Translations under genes and position numbers: made by a program
Source: a candidate division WOR-3 bacterium
Lineage (GTDB): Bacteria > Hydrothermota > Tepidihabitantia > SM23-42 > JAOAFX01
Assembly: GCA_039802265.1 (NCBI GenBank)
Contig: JBDRWI010000017.1
Location: forward strand, 1-37,262
Direction of reading: 5' to 3'
Length of the DNA stretch: 37,262 nucleotides
The notes under the pieces: generated by a model
Databases searched by the model: none
The model's input: the letters and a program-made list of their open reading frames with translations, nothing else
Told to the model about the DNA's origin: nothing
Shown: positions 9,442 to 16,994 of the stretch, piece after piece
Layout: each line of letters begins with the position of its first letter
Numbering within the stretch: position 1 is the stretch's first letter

Positions 9442-9513
9442 GCGGGAGTAGCTCAATGGTAGAGTCACGGCCTTCCAAGCCGTTGGTTGCGGGTTCGAAT
9501 CCCGTCTCCCGCT
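9442..9513 (+). tRNA. tRNA-Gly (anticodon TCC); CCA end not encoded
   Basis: Acceptor GCGGGAG/CTCCCGC, D arm GCTCAATGGTAGAGT, anticodon stem ACGGC/GCCGT with loop CTTCCAA (TCC at 9474-9476), T arm GCGGG-TTCGAAT-CCCGT, discriminator T followed by TTTT. Confidence 0.97.
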
Positions 9514-9546
9514 TTTTATCAGTCAATAATTAAAAAGGAGGCAGTG

Positions 9547-10167
9547 ATGCCCTGTCTAAAGAATTTTTTAGGGCTGTGCTTTCTTATTATTTTATTTTGT
9601 GGGGGTAAGGAACACGGGGTTGCCACCCAAAAAATCGATGAGAAGATAGCACCGTCCGCAAAGTCTGTCCTGATTGTAATTGCACCAAAGGACTTCCGTG
9701 ATGAGGAGTTTAAAGAACCTTACGAGCTCCTTACGAAATCCGAAATGAAGATAACAATTGCTTCAACCGATACTATACCTGCAAAGGGGATGCTCGGAAT
9801 GGAGGTAAAGCCCCAGGTCTTAATAAGTCAGGTCAATCCCGATAGTTTTGATGCCCTGATCATTGTAGGCGGAACCGGTTGTCAGATTCTCTGGGATAAT
9901 GAGACACTCCATAATATTGTCCAGCGTTTTAATGAAAAGAATAAGACAATCGGTGCTATCTGTATCGCACCGGTGGTCCTTGCCCGGGCGGGGATTTTAA
10001 AAGACAAAAAGGCAACCGTCTATCCGGGGGTCAGGAATGAGTTAAAACCACATTGTGCGGCTTATACCGCGGCGGATGTAGAAGTCAGTGGGAATGTTAT
10101 AACTGCTTCCGGGCCCCAGGCAGCCAAGGATTTTGCTCAGGCAATTCTTGAGGCACTTAAGAAGTGA
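9547..10167 (+). CDS. DJ-1/PfpI family protein with N-terminal lipoprotein-like signal
   Basis: FRDEE (conserved Glu), DALIIVGG, AICIAP (nucleophile Cys) and ITASGP; SD AAGGAGG precedes GTG/ATG at 9544/9547. Confidence 0.9.
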   Translation: MPCLKNFLGLCFLIILFCGGKEHGVATQKIDEKIAPSAKSVLIVIAPKDFRDEEFKEPYELLTKSEMKITIASTDTIPAKGMLGMEVKPQVLISQVNPDSFDALIIVGGTGCQILWDNETLHNIVQRFNEKNKTIGAICIAPVVLARAGILKDKKATVYPGVRNELKPHCAAYTAADVEVSGNVITASGPQAAKDFAQAILEALKK

Positions 10168-10601
10168 AGGCAGTCTTACAAAGGGTAAGGCGGGCAGAGG
10201 TTACGGTAAAGGGGCAGAAGATTTCCGAGATTGGCGAGGGATTGTTGATTCTACTCGGTATCAAGAAAGGGGATACGGAAGAAAAGGCAAGAAAGATGGC
10301 TGATTCTTGCGTTAATCTCAGGATTTTTGAAGATAGCAACGGCAAATTCAATCTTTCATTGAAGGAAATAAATGGCGAGGCACTCGTCGTATCCCAGTTC
10401 ACCCTCCTGGCTGATACAAGTCGGGGGAGAAGGCCTTCCTTTAGTGATGCCGAAGAACCGGAAAGGGCAGAGAAACTATATAATGATTTTATTAAGTTGC
10501 TCGCGGATCAGGGGATACCCACAAAATCTGGTATATTTGGTGAAAGGATGCTTGTTCAATTGGAGAATAATGGGCCAGTCACAATCATTCTTGAGACATA
10601 A
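10164..10601 (+). CDS. dtd: D-aminoacyl-tRNA deacylase
   Basis: MKAVLQRV, LRIFED, SQFTL, GRRPSF and NNGPVT. Confidence 0.97.
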   Translation: MKAVLQRVRRAEVTVKGQKISEIGEGLLILLGIKKGDTEEKARKMADSCVNLRIFEDSNGKFNLSLKEINGEALVVSQFTLLADTSRGRRPSFSDAEEPERAEKLYNDFIKLLADQGIPTKSGIFGERMLVQLENNGPVTIILET

Positions 10602-10655
10602 GTTTATTAATGCGTTTTTCCCTTCTTTGTACTTGCTCCTAAAAAGGTAAAAGGT

Positions 10656-11528
10656 ATGTATAGTATGACCGGCATCGGCCGGGCAAGCGGGGAGATAAAG
10701 AATCCACCGATAAAGTTTGATGTAGAGATAAGGTCATACAATCATCGTTTTCTTGATATTTCGCTAAAGATACCTAATTCCTTAGCACCATTTGAGGAGG
10801 AACTGAAAAAAACTATTCGGGAGCATGTCTGCCGCGGTCATATTGTTGCAGTTGTCCAGCAGGACCACGAGATTTTTAGCAACCGGTTTGAGGTGGACAA
10901 GGAACTGCTTGATGCATATTTTACAGTCGCAAAGGAAATTAAGAAAAAATATCGGGTTTCGGGTGCGATCAATATAAATACCATCCTGGCAATTCCCGGC
11001 TTGATCCGGATCAGTCAGTATCCAACAGATACCGGTTTGCTCTTTAAGAAATTTAAACCCATCTTTAACCGGGCATTGGAGGAATTACTTAAGGCAAAAG
11101 AAAAAGAAGGAGCACACACTAAAAAGGAGATTGAGTCATTGCTTGATGTGATTGAACAGGAGATTGGTAAAATAAAAGCCCTCATTCCGGAGCGGAATGA
11201 ATACTACAAGAGACACTTAAATGAATTGGTAAAGGTCTGTAATGAAACTATTGACCGGGCAAGGCTATACCAGGAGATGCTTTATATTGCAGACCGAACC
11301 GATGTCTCTGAAGAGTATGTTAGGTTTACCGGACATATAAAATTATTCAGAGAAACATTGGAAAAAGAGAGGCATCCGGGTCGGCGTCTTAATTTTTTGC
11401 TCCAGGAGATGCAGCGCGAAGCGAATACCCTGAGTGTAAAGGCGAATTACCTAAAAATTAGTGAGTCGGTGGTGAATATAAAAGAGGCAATTGAAAAGAT
11501 TAGGGAACAGGTGCAGAACATTGAATAA
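10656..11528 (+). CDS. yicC: YicC/YloC family endoribonuclease
   Basis: SMTGIGR, SYNHRFLDI, GRRLNFLLQEMQREANTLSVK and EKIREQVQNIE. Confidence 0.95.
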   Translation: MYSMTGIGRASGEIKNPPIKFDVEIRSYNHRFLDISLKIPNSLAPFEEELKKTIREHVCRGHIVAVVQQDHEIFSNRFEVDKELLDAYFTVAKEIKKKYRVSGAININTILAIPGLIRISQYPTDTGLLFKKFKPIFNRALEELLKAKEKEGAHTKKEIESLLDVIEQEIGKIKALIPERNEYYKRHLNELVKVCNETIDRARLYQEMLYIADRTDVSEEYVRFTGHIKLFRETLEKERHPGRRLNFLLQEMQREANTLSVKANYLKISESVVNIKEAIEKIREQVQNIE

Positions 11529-12090
11529 GAAGGGGAAGGTAATTGTTCTTTCCGGACCATCGGGAGTAGGTAAGACCACGATATGTAATGAGATAATAGC
11601 CCGCAGGAAGGATATTGTCTATTCTATTTCGGCCACTTCGCGCCCAAGGCGAAGGGGCGAGAAAAATGGCCGGGAATATTTCTTTCTCTCCAGAGATGAA
11701 TTCAAACGCTGGATCGGTCAGAAGAAGTTTGCTGAATATGCTATTGTCCATGGAAATTATTATGGAACGCCGAAGAAATTTTTAGAAGACAATTTAAAAA
11801 TGGGACTGAATGTGCTTATGGACATTGATGTTCAGGGCGCAAAAAAGATTATGCCCCTGTACCCTGATGGGGTTTATATCTTTATTTTACCCCCGGATTT
11901 TGATGAGCTCAAAAAAAGACTATTAAAAAGGAATACGGATGATAAAAAAGAGATTGAAAACCGCTTGAAGACAGCCGAAGAAGAGATGAGATACATAAAA
12001 GATTATAAGTATGTAGTCAAGAATGATAATCTTGAAGAAACCATAGAAGAAATCTTAAATATTATTGACAAGGAGAAAGAGAATTATTAA
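11521..12090 (+). CDS. gmk: Guanylate kinase
   Basis: LSGPSGVGKTT, SATSRPRR.GE.NGREYFF, HGNYYGTP and DIDVQGA; TTG start overlaps the yicC end. Confidence 0.96.
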   Translation: MNKKGKVIVLSGPSGVGKTTICNEIIARRKDIVYSISATSRPRRRGEKNGREYFFLSRDEFKRWIGQKKFAEYAIVHGNYYGTPKKFLEDNLKMGLNVLMDIDVQGAKKIMPLYPDGVYIFILPPDFDELKKRLLKRNTDDKKEIENRLKTAEEEMRYIKDYKYVVKNDNLEETIEEILNIIDKEKENY

Positions 12091-12118
12091 ACCCTGAGTC
12101 TCTGATATGTTAATGTTG

Positions 12119-12138
12119 CGTCCAGATTTATCCGGACG
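12119..12138. repeat. Short REP-like palindrome
   Basis: CGTCCAGA-TTTA-TCCGGACG, an 8-bp stem with one mismatch, preceded by GTTG. Confidence 0.4.
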
Positions 12139-12171
12139 AAGAAATAAAGGTTGGAGAAGGACCAATCATTT

Positions 12172-12975
12172 ATGTTAAAGAGAAACCGAGAAATATCTAA
12201 GGATGAGATTATCTTTCTCGGCACCGGTGGTGCCCGCTTCGTTATTGCCAAGCAGCTAAGGGCAACCGGTGGTATATTCTTTAGAATCGGCGGGAATAAT
12301 ATTCTTGTTGACCCCGGTCCAGAGTCATACTACAGATTTTTGACCTACCTGCCAAAGTTCAATCCCGAGAAGATTGACCTGATAATCTTGACCCACAAGC
12401 ACATTGACCATTCGGCGGATATAAATGTCTATCTTGATGTGATGACCCAGGGTGGATTTAAAAAGAATGGTTTTCTTATTGCCCCTTCGGATGCCTTTGG
12501 TGAAAATGGTGTTATATATAAATACCTGCTTGAATTTCTAAATCAAGTAAAAACAATCAAAGCGGGTCTGGAGATAGAACTTGATAACCTGAAGATTTTA
12601 TTTCCGGTAAGGCATGAGCACCGGGTTGAAACCTATGGCTTTAAACTATTATACAATAGATATTCAATTTCATATATCACTGATACAAAATTTTTTCCTG
12701 AATTGATTTCCCACTATAAATCAGATATCATAATTATGAATTTAATAAAATTGGAGCCTTCTGAGATTGACCACCTTTCGGTTCAGGATTGTGAGGAGAT
12801 TATCAAGGGTATAAGACCAAGGGTGGCGATTATTACCCATTTTGGGATGACCGTCATCCGCGCCGGTCCCTGGAATATTGCGCGGCAGTTAAAAGAGAAG
12901 ACCGGTATTACAGTTCTTGCGGCGGAAGACGGCAAACATTACGAGGTAGAAAGATTACTTACATATGGCTTATAA
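12172..12975 (+). CDS. Metallo-beta-lactamase fold hydrolase (PhnP/RNase Z-like)
   Basis: IFLGTGG, ILVDPGP, THKHIDHSAD (HxHxDH), YITDT, DHL and ITHFG; start uncertain (12151 or 12172). Confidence 0.88.
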   Translation: MLKRNREISKDEIIFLGTGGARFVIAKQLRATGGIFFRIGGNNILVDPGPESYYRFLTYLPKFNPEKIDLIILTHKHIDHSADINVYLDVMTQGGFKKNGFLIAPSDAFGENGVIYKYLLEFLNQVKTIKAGLEIELDNLKILFPVRHEHRVETYGFKLLYNRYSISYITDTKFFPELISHYKSDIIIMNLIKLEPSEIDHLSVQDCEEIIKGIRPRVAIITHFGMTVIRAGPWNIARQLKEKTGITVLAAEDGKHYEVERLLTYGL

Positions 12976-13027
12976 TGTCACTTGGCATTCAGACATTAAA
13001 GCATCCATCTTTAGTTAGACGGAATAG

Positions 13028-13141
13028 TTATCTCATCAATATCGCCTTCCCAATTCTTTTATAACCTTCACTCTCAAGAGGTACAAAATAGACACCCGTG
13101 GATAAATTCTTCGGTGTAATCATTAATTCATTCATCATCAT
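13028..13141 (-). pseudogene. Orphan 3' fragment of a T9SS-like C-terminal sorting domain (37 aa)
   Basis: Minus strand reads MMMNELMITPKNLSTGVYFVPLESEGYKRIGKAILMR-stop, which aligns with INEVLVRPKGFSAGVYFVRLESNGY*RVEKVILLR at about 519-626. An in-frame TGA lies three codons upstream. Confidence 0.8.
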
Positions 13142-13213
13142 AAAAATTCATATATGAAATGTGAAGCCGACCCAGATTATCAAAGGACAAGCGTTGCTGG
13201 GTCATAGGGAAGA

Positions 13214-13248
13214 GTCAACATTTTTGACTCTGTGTCAAAAATGTTGAC
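13214..13248. repeat. Perfect 15-bp inverted repeat between convergent genes (terminator, operator or MITE remnant)
   Basis: GTCAACATTTTTGAC-TCTGT-GTCAAAAATGTTGAC. Confidence 0.75.
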
Positions 13249-13286
13249 AAATACTGACGGTTATCAAAATTATAACGAAACTATCT

Positions 13287-13724
13287 CTATTCAATTATCT
13301 TTTTAATCTCCCTTAACATCCTCTGGTAGTGGCTTCCTTTCCAGTAGACGCGCTGGCACTTTGGGCACTCCGCAAACTCGTCAAAATTTTTGTAGGTGTA
13401 GTAGGGAACACGACCCTTGATTTTCTCTTTCTCTACGCAGACTAACGGCTCATTACAACAAAGACAGCGCGAAAAAAAATTTAGTTTCTCCGTTAGGGCA
13501 AAATGGTTGATAATAATCCTCAGTTGAGCAGGCAGGCTTTCACTTTCAATAAAAAAGGTATTTTCTTTATCTTTTAGCCGGGTATTTCGTGTTAGAATAA
13601 TCCTTTCTTCTTTTCTTGCCAAAAGCAATGCCTTCATTCCTTCATTACAGTATATTACATCCATCCCACAAATCCTTAAATACCTACAGAGTTTACCCAG
13701 CATTCCATTACATATGAATTTCAT
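13287..13724 (-). CDS. Mut7-C (PIN-like) RNase domain protein with Zn ribbon
   Basis: FICNGMLGKLCRYLRICGMD, RIILTRN, SRCLCCN and CPKCQRVYWKGSHY. Confidence 0.88.
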   Translation of the reverse strand: MKFICNGMLGKLCRYLRICGMDVIYCNEGMKALLLARKEERIILTRNTRLKDKENTFFIESESLPAQLRIIINHFALTEKLNFFSRCLCCNEPLVCVEKEKIKGRVPYYTYKNFDEFAECPKCQRVYWKGSHYQRMLREIKKIIE

Positions 13725-13729
13725 CTCAA

Positions 13730-14680
13730 TCAAGGCAGCTTCATAAATGTATTAAACAACAAAAGCAGGTGATTGGGATTCTGCTCAAGAAGATTTAAAG
13801 AATAATTGAGCGAAAGTATTGTACTTAGAATTTTCTGCACGGGGATTCTTCTTGCCTTTTCAGCAACCACCTGATAGTATTCACCCTTTTCAAACTTTAT
13901 CCCTTGTTGTTCGTAAAAGACAAGGCGATAGAATAACAGAAGAGGATAGAAGATATCCGACAGTCTCTGATGTTCGAGTTCTTTTGATAATTTTGCTGCT
14001 TGTGCTGAATTTAGTGGACTCGTCTTGAATATGTAGTATGCCTTTTCAAAAAGGTTGTTTTCCCTTAAAATCAGGATTTCACCGGGACTGCCCAATTTAA
14101 ATTCATTCCTCCCTTCAAATATTATCTCTTTGATCTGTTCATCGGTCAGGTAATAAAATGGTACAATCTGACACCGCGAGCGAATTGTAGGTAGTAGAGA
14201 TTCGGGTCTTGAACTCGTTAGGACGAATACCGTATCCATTGGTGGCTCTTCAAGAGTCTTTAAGAAACTATTTGCAGCCTCTTCGGTCATTCGGTCGGCC
14301 TCCAAAATTAGTACAAGGCGTTTTTTCCCTTTTGCCGGCATTGTCGCCAAATGTTCAATTGCCAGTCTTATCTGTTCAATCAGAATTGATGTTCGGTCTT
14401 CAATCTCAATAACTGGATTTTCGGGAAGATAGCGCCTTGCATACTCGAATATCTTATCCTGTTTTTCTTTTATCCTCGAGGGAATTGGACCGATGAGTAA
14501 AAAATCCGGTGAATTTATAGAGATACCCAGAGTTTTTGCTAAAGAAAAAGCGGTCAATCTCTTGCCTACTCCTTTTGGTCCACAAAAGAGGAGGTTGTAT
14601 AGATTGTCCTTCCTGATTGCCGTCCGCAAAAATCGCTTGGCTATATCCTGACCGATAATTTCATCAAGATAATCAATCAT
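13730..14680 (-). CDS. holB: DNA polymerase III subunit delta-prime-like clamp loader subunit
   Basis: IIGQ, GPKGVGK, EADRMTEEAANSFLKTLEEPP and LLPTIRSRCQ. Confidence 0.87.
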   Translation of the reverse strand: MIDYLDEIIGQDIAKRFLRTAIRKDNLYNLLFCGPKGVGKRLTAFSLAKTLGISINSPDFLLIGPIPSRIKEKQDKIFEYARRYLPENPVIEIEDRTSILIEQIRLAIEHLATMPAKGKKRLVLILEADRMTEEAANSFLKTLEEPPMDTVFVLTSSRPESLLPTIRSRCQIVPFYYLTDEQIKEIIFEGRNEFKLGSPGEILILRENNLFEKAYYIFKTSPLNSAQAAKLSKELEHQRLSDIFYPLLLFYRLVFYEQQGIKFEKGEYYQVVAEKARRIPVQKILSTILSLNYSLNLLEQNPNHLLLLFNTFMKLP

Positions 14681-15711
14681 TTAGCTACCTCCTCGATGAT
14701 ACCCCCACCAAGGAGGATATCGTCTTTATAAAAGACAACGGACTGTCCGGGAGTTAACGCCCACTGGGGTTTTTCAAATGTCACCCTGACCTTTAAGGGA
14801 GTTCCCGGAATAATCCTTACGGTGGCCGGGGAAAGTGGTGCAAAGTATCTTGCCTTTGCCAGGACTTTTATTGGTTTACTCAAATCAAAATCATAAATAA
14901 AATTGAAGTTACTTGCAATGAGTTCTCTTTTGTAAACATCCTTTTTCTCACCCACATATATTGCATTATTTTCTGCATCAATCTTTACTACATAAAGGGG
15001 CTTACTGTGGCTGATGCCAAGTCTTTTACGCTGTCCATAGGTATAATAGACAATTCCCCTATGTTCGCCGATTTTTTTCCCCTCTTGGTTCAATATCGGT
15101 CCTTTCTTTTCTGGAATAATATTCTTTAAATAAACAACATAATCGGTGTCCGGCAGAAAACAGACATCCTGACTCTTCTTCCGTTGATGCGTTGGCAAAT
15201 TCATCTTTCGGGCGATGTTTCTTACTTCTTCTTTAGTGAATTCACCAAGTGGCAGCAGGATCTTTGAGAGTTGTTTTTGGTTCAAACGATACAAAAAATA
15301 TGACTGCTCATTCTTGTCCCTTCCCCTTTTTAATAGGTAAACGCCGTCTTTTTCTTCCAGCCGGGCATAGTGTCCGGTGGCAATCTTTTCAAATCCCATT
15401 TCTAATGCCTTATTAAGAAAAAGTCCGAATTTAATAAGTTGGTTACAGCGGACACAGGGATTGGGTGTCCGTCCCGACTGATATTCTTCAAGAAAATTCT
15501 CCACAATCGCTCTTTGATAGGCATCAGCGAAGTCAAAGGTATAATAGGGTATATCCAATATCTCACAAACCCGGCGGGCGTATTCAACATCTTCGTTGGA
15601 TACACCCTTGAAGAATATCGTTGCACCACTTACTGAATGTCCATTTTTTTTCAGAAGGAAGGCGGCGGTTGATGAATCAACACCGCCACTCAAGGCAACG
15701 AGTATTTTCAT
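14677..15711 (-). CDS. mnmA: tRNA 2-thiouridine(34) synthase MnmA
   Basis: SGGVDSS, GRTPNPCVRCN, ATGHYAR, QSYFL, SQDVCF and TPGQSVVFY. Confidence 0.97.
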   Translation of the reverse strand: MKILVALSGGVDSSTAAFLLKKNGHSVSGATIFFKGVSNEDVEYARRVCEILDIPYYTFDFADAYQRAIVENFLEEYQSGRTPNPCVRCNQLIKFGLFLNKALEMGFEKIATGHYARLEEKDGVYLLKRGRDKNEQSYFLYRLNQKQLSKILLPLGEFTKEEVRNIARKMNLPTHQRKKSQDVCFLPDTDYVVYLKNIIPEKKGPILNQEGKKIGEHRGIVYYTYGQRKRLGISHSKPLYVVKIDAENNAIYVGEKKDVYKRELIASNFNFIYDFDLSKPIKVLAKARYFAPLSPATVRIIPGTPLKVRVTFEKPQWALTPGQSVVFYKDDILLGGGIIEEVAK

Positions 15712-15726
15712 TTTTGTATAAATCTA

Positions 15727-16890
15727 TTATTTTTTGTTTGAGAGCGGTGATATATCTCTTAGTTCTTTTACCACTCGGGGTAGAATTTCTGATACGTAAT
15801 CAATATCTTCTTCGGTGGTGAGTCTACCCAGCGTCATTCTCAGTGAACCTCGCGCGTCCTCAACGGGGATTCCAATTGCGGTGAGGACATGGGATGGTTC
15901 AAGCGATCCCGAAGAACAGGCAGAACCGGTAGCACATTCAATACCGTATTCATCCAGACGAACAATGAGTGCCTCACCCTCAATATATTTTACTGTTAGA
16001 TGGACATTGTTGGGTAATCTCTTTTGGGGATGTCCATTCAATTTTATGTCTTCAATCTTTTCTAAAAGGGAACAGATGAGCCGGTCCCGTAGTCTTTTTG
16101 AATGTTCCACCCTTTCGGACATTTCTTTTATCGCAATTTCAGCCGCCTTGGCAAGTCCGACAATTCCCGGGACATTATGGGTTGATGCCCGCCTTCCCTT
16201 TTCCTGCGCCCCCCCATGGATGAGCGGTTCAATCCTGGTTCCTTCTCTTATATATAATGCACCGACACCCTTTGGTCCATAGAATTTGTGGGCAGATATT
16301 GATAAAAGGTCTACCTGTAAGTCGTTGACATTGGTATTGATTGCCCCGAATGACTGAACTGCATCGGTATGGATATAGACTTCCCTTTCCCGGCAAATTT
16401 TACCAATCTCTTCTATCGGCTCAATTGTACCGATTTCATTATTGGCATGCATAATTGAAACAAGAACGGTCTTTGAGGTTATTGCCCTTTTTACATCATC
16501 CGGGTCAACCATCCCATATTTATCAACTGATAAGAATGTGACATCAAAACCCTGTTTTTGTAAAAAGTGAAAGGGTTCCAAAACTGCATGGTGTTCAATC
16601 CTGGAAGTAATCAGATGATTTCCCTTTTCCTTCATTGCATAGGCAATTCCCTTGATTGCCATATTATTTGATTCACTCCCTCCGGATGTAAAGACAATCT
16701 CTTCCGGTTTGGCCCCCAGAATATCAGCCACCTTCTTCCTTGAGGCCCTGATTGCCTCCTTTGCCTCAAGACCCATTGAATGGATGCTCGAGGGATTGGC
16801 AAATTTTTCAGTAAAATAAGGCTTCATTGCCTCAAGGACTTCGGGATGGAGCGGTGTTGTGGCTGCATAATCAAGATAGACTCTCTTCAT
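15727..16890 (-). CDS. iscS: Cysteine desulfurase (IscS/NifS type)
   Basis: YLDYAATTP, FTSGGSES, MHANNEIGTI, HTDAVQ, SAHKFYGPKG and GSACSSGSLEPSHVL. Confidence 0.95.
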   Translation of the reverse strand: MKRVYLDYAATTPLHPEVLEAMKPYFTEKFANPSSIHSMGLEAKEAIRASRKKVADILGAKPEEIVFTSGGSESNNMAIKGIAYAMKEKGNHLITSRIEHHAVLEPFHFLQKQGFDVTFLSVDKYGMVDPDDVKRAITSKTVLVSIMHANNEIGTIEPIEEIGKICREREVYIHTDAVQSFGAINTNVNDLQVDLLSISAHKFYGPKGVGALYIREGTRIEPLIHGGAQEKGRRASTHNVPGIVGLAKAAEIAIKEMSERVEHSKRLRDRLICSLLEKIEDIKLNGHPQKRLPNNVHLTVKYIEGEALIVRLDEYGIECATGSACSSGSLEPSHVLTAIGIPVEDARGSLRMTLGRLTTEEDIDYVSEILPRVVKELRDISPLSNKK

Positions 16891-16907
16891 TTCAATCTTT
16901 CACCAAT

Positions 16908-16935
16908 AATATACTCAAAATATGCGGGATGTCAA
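16908..16935 (-). promoter_or_regulatory. Sigma70-type promoter of the iscS-mnmA-holB operon
   Basis: Minus strand TTGACA (16935-16930), 16 bp, TATATT (16913-16908); short leader with a GGTGA SD-like sequence. Confidence 0.6.
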
Positions 16936-16959
16936 TAGTAATTACCTATCTTTTTAATA

Positions 16960-16987
16960 TTGACATTTGGCAAAATTTTAATAAAAT
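16960..16987 (+). promoter_or_regulatory. Sigma70-type promoter of the chemosensory operon
   Basis: TTGACA (16960-16965), 16 bp, TAAAAT (16982-16987); ATG 7 nt downstream; back-to-back with the iscS promoter. Confidence 0.7.
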
Positions 16988-16994
16988 AAACTAT

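Noticed and set aside
9442..9513. tRNA-Gly as an integration site for an island or prophage
   Set aside because: No integrase was seen, I found no duplicated tRNA 3' end in the window, and the downstream genes are housekeeping.
9487..9546. Upstream TTG start for the DJ-1 ORF
   Set aside because: It lies inside tRNA-Gly, and a strong SD precedes 9544/9547.
14677..16890. iscS-mnmA pairing and the CxxC motif of MnmA as a novelty
   Set aside because: This is a common, well-described arrangement for tRNA 2-thiolation.
16827..16994. 56-codon N-terminal extension of the receptor ORF given by the ORF track
   Set aside because: It overlaps the divergent iscS start and both promoters. ATG 16995, 7 nt after a -10 box, is the better start.
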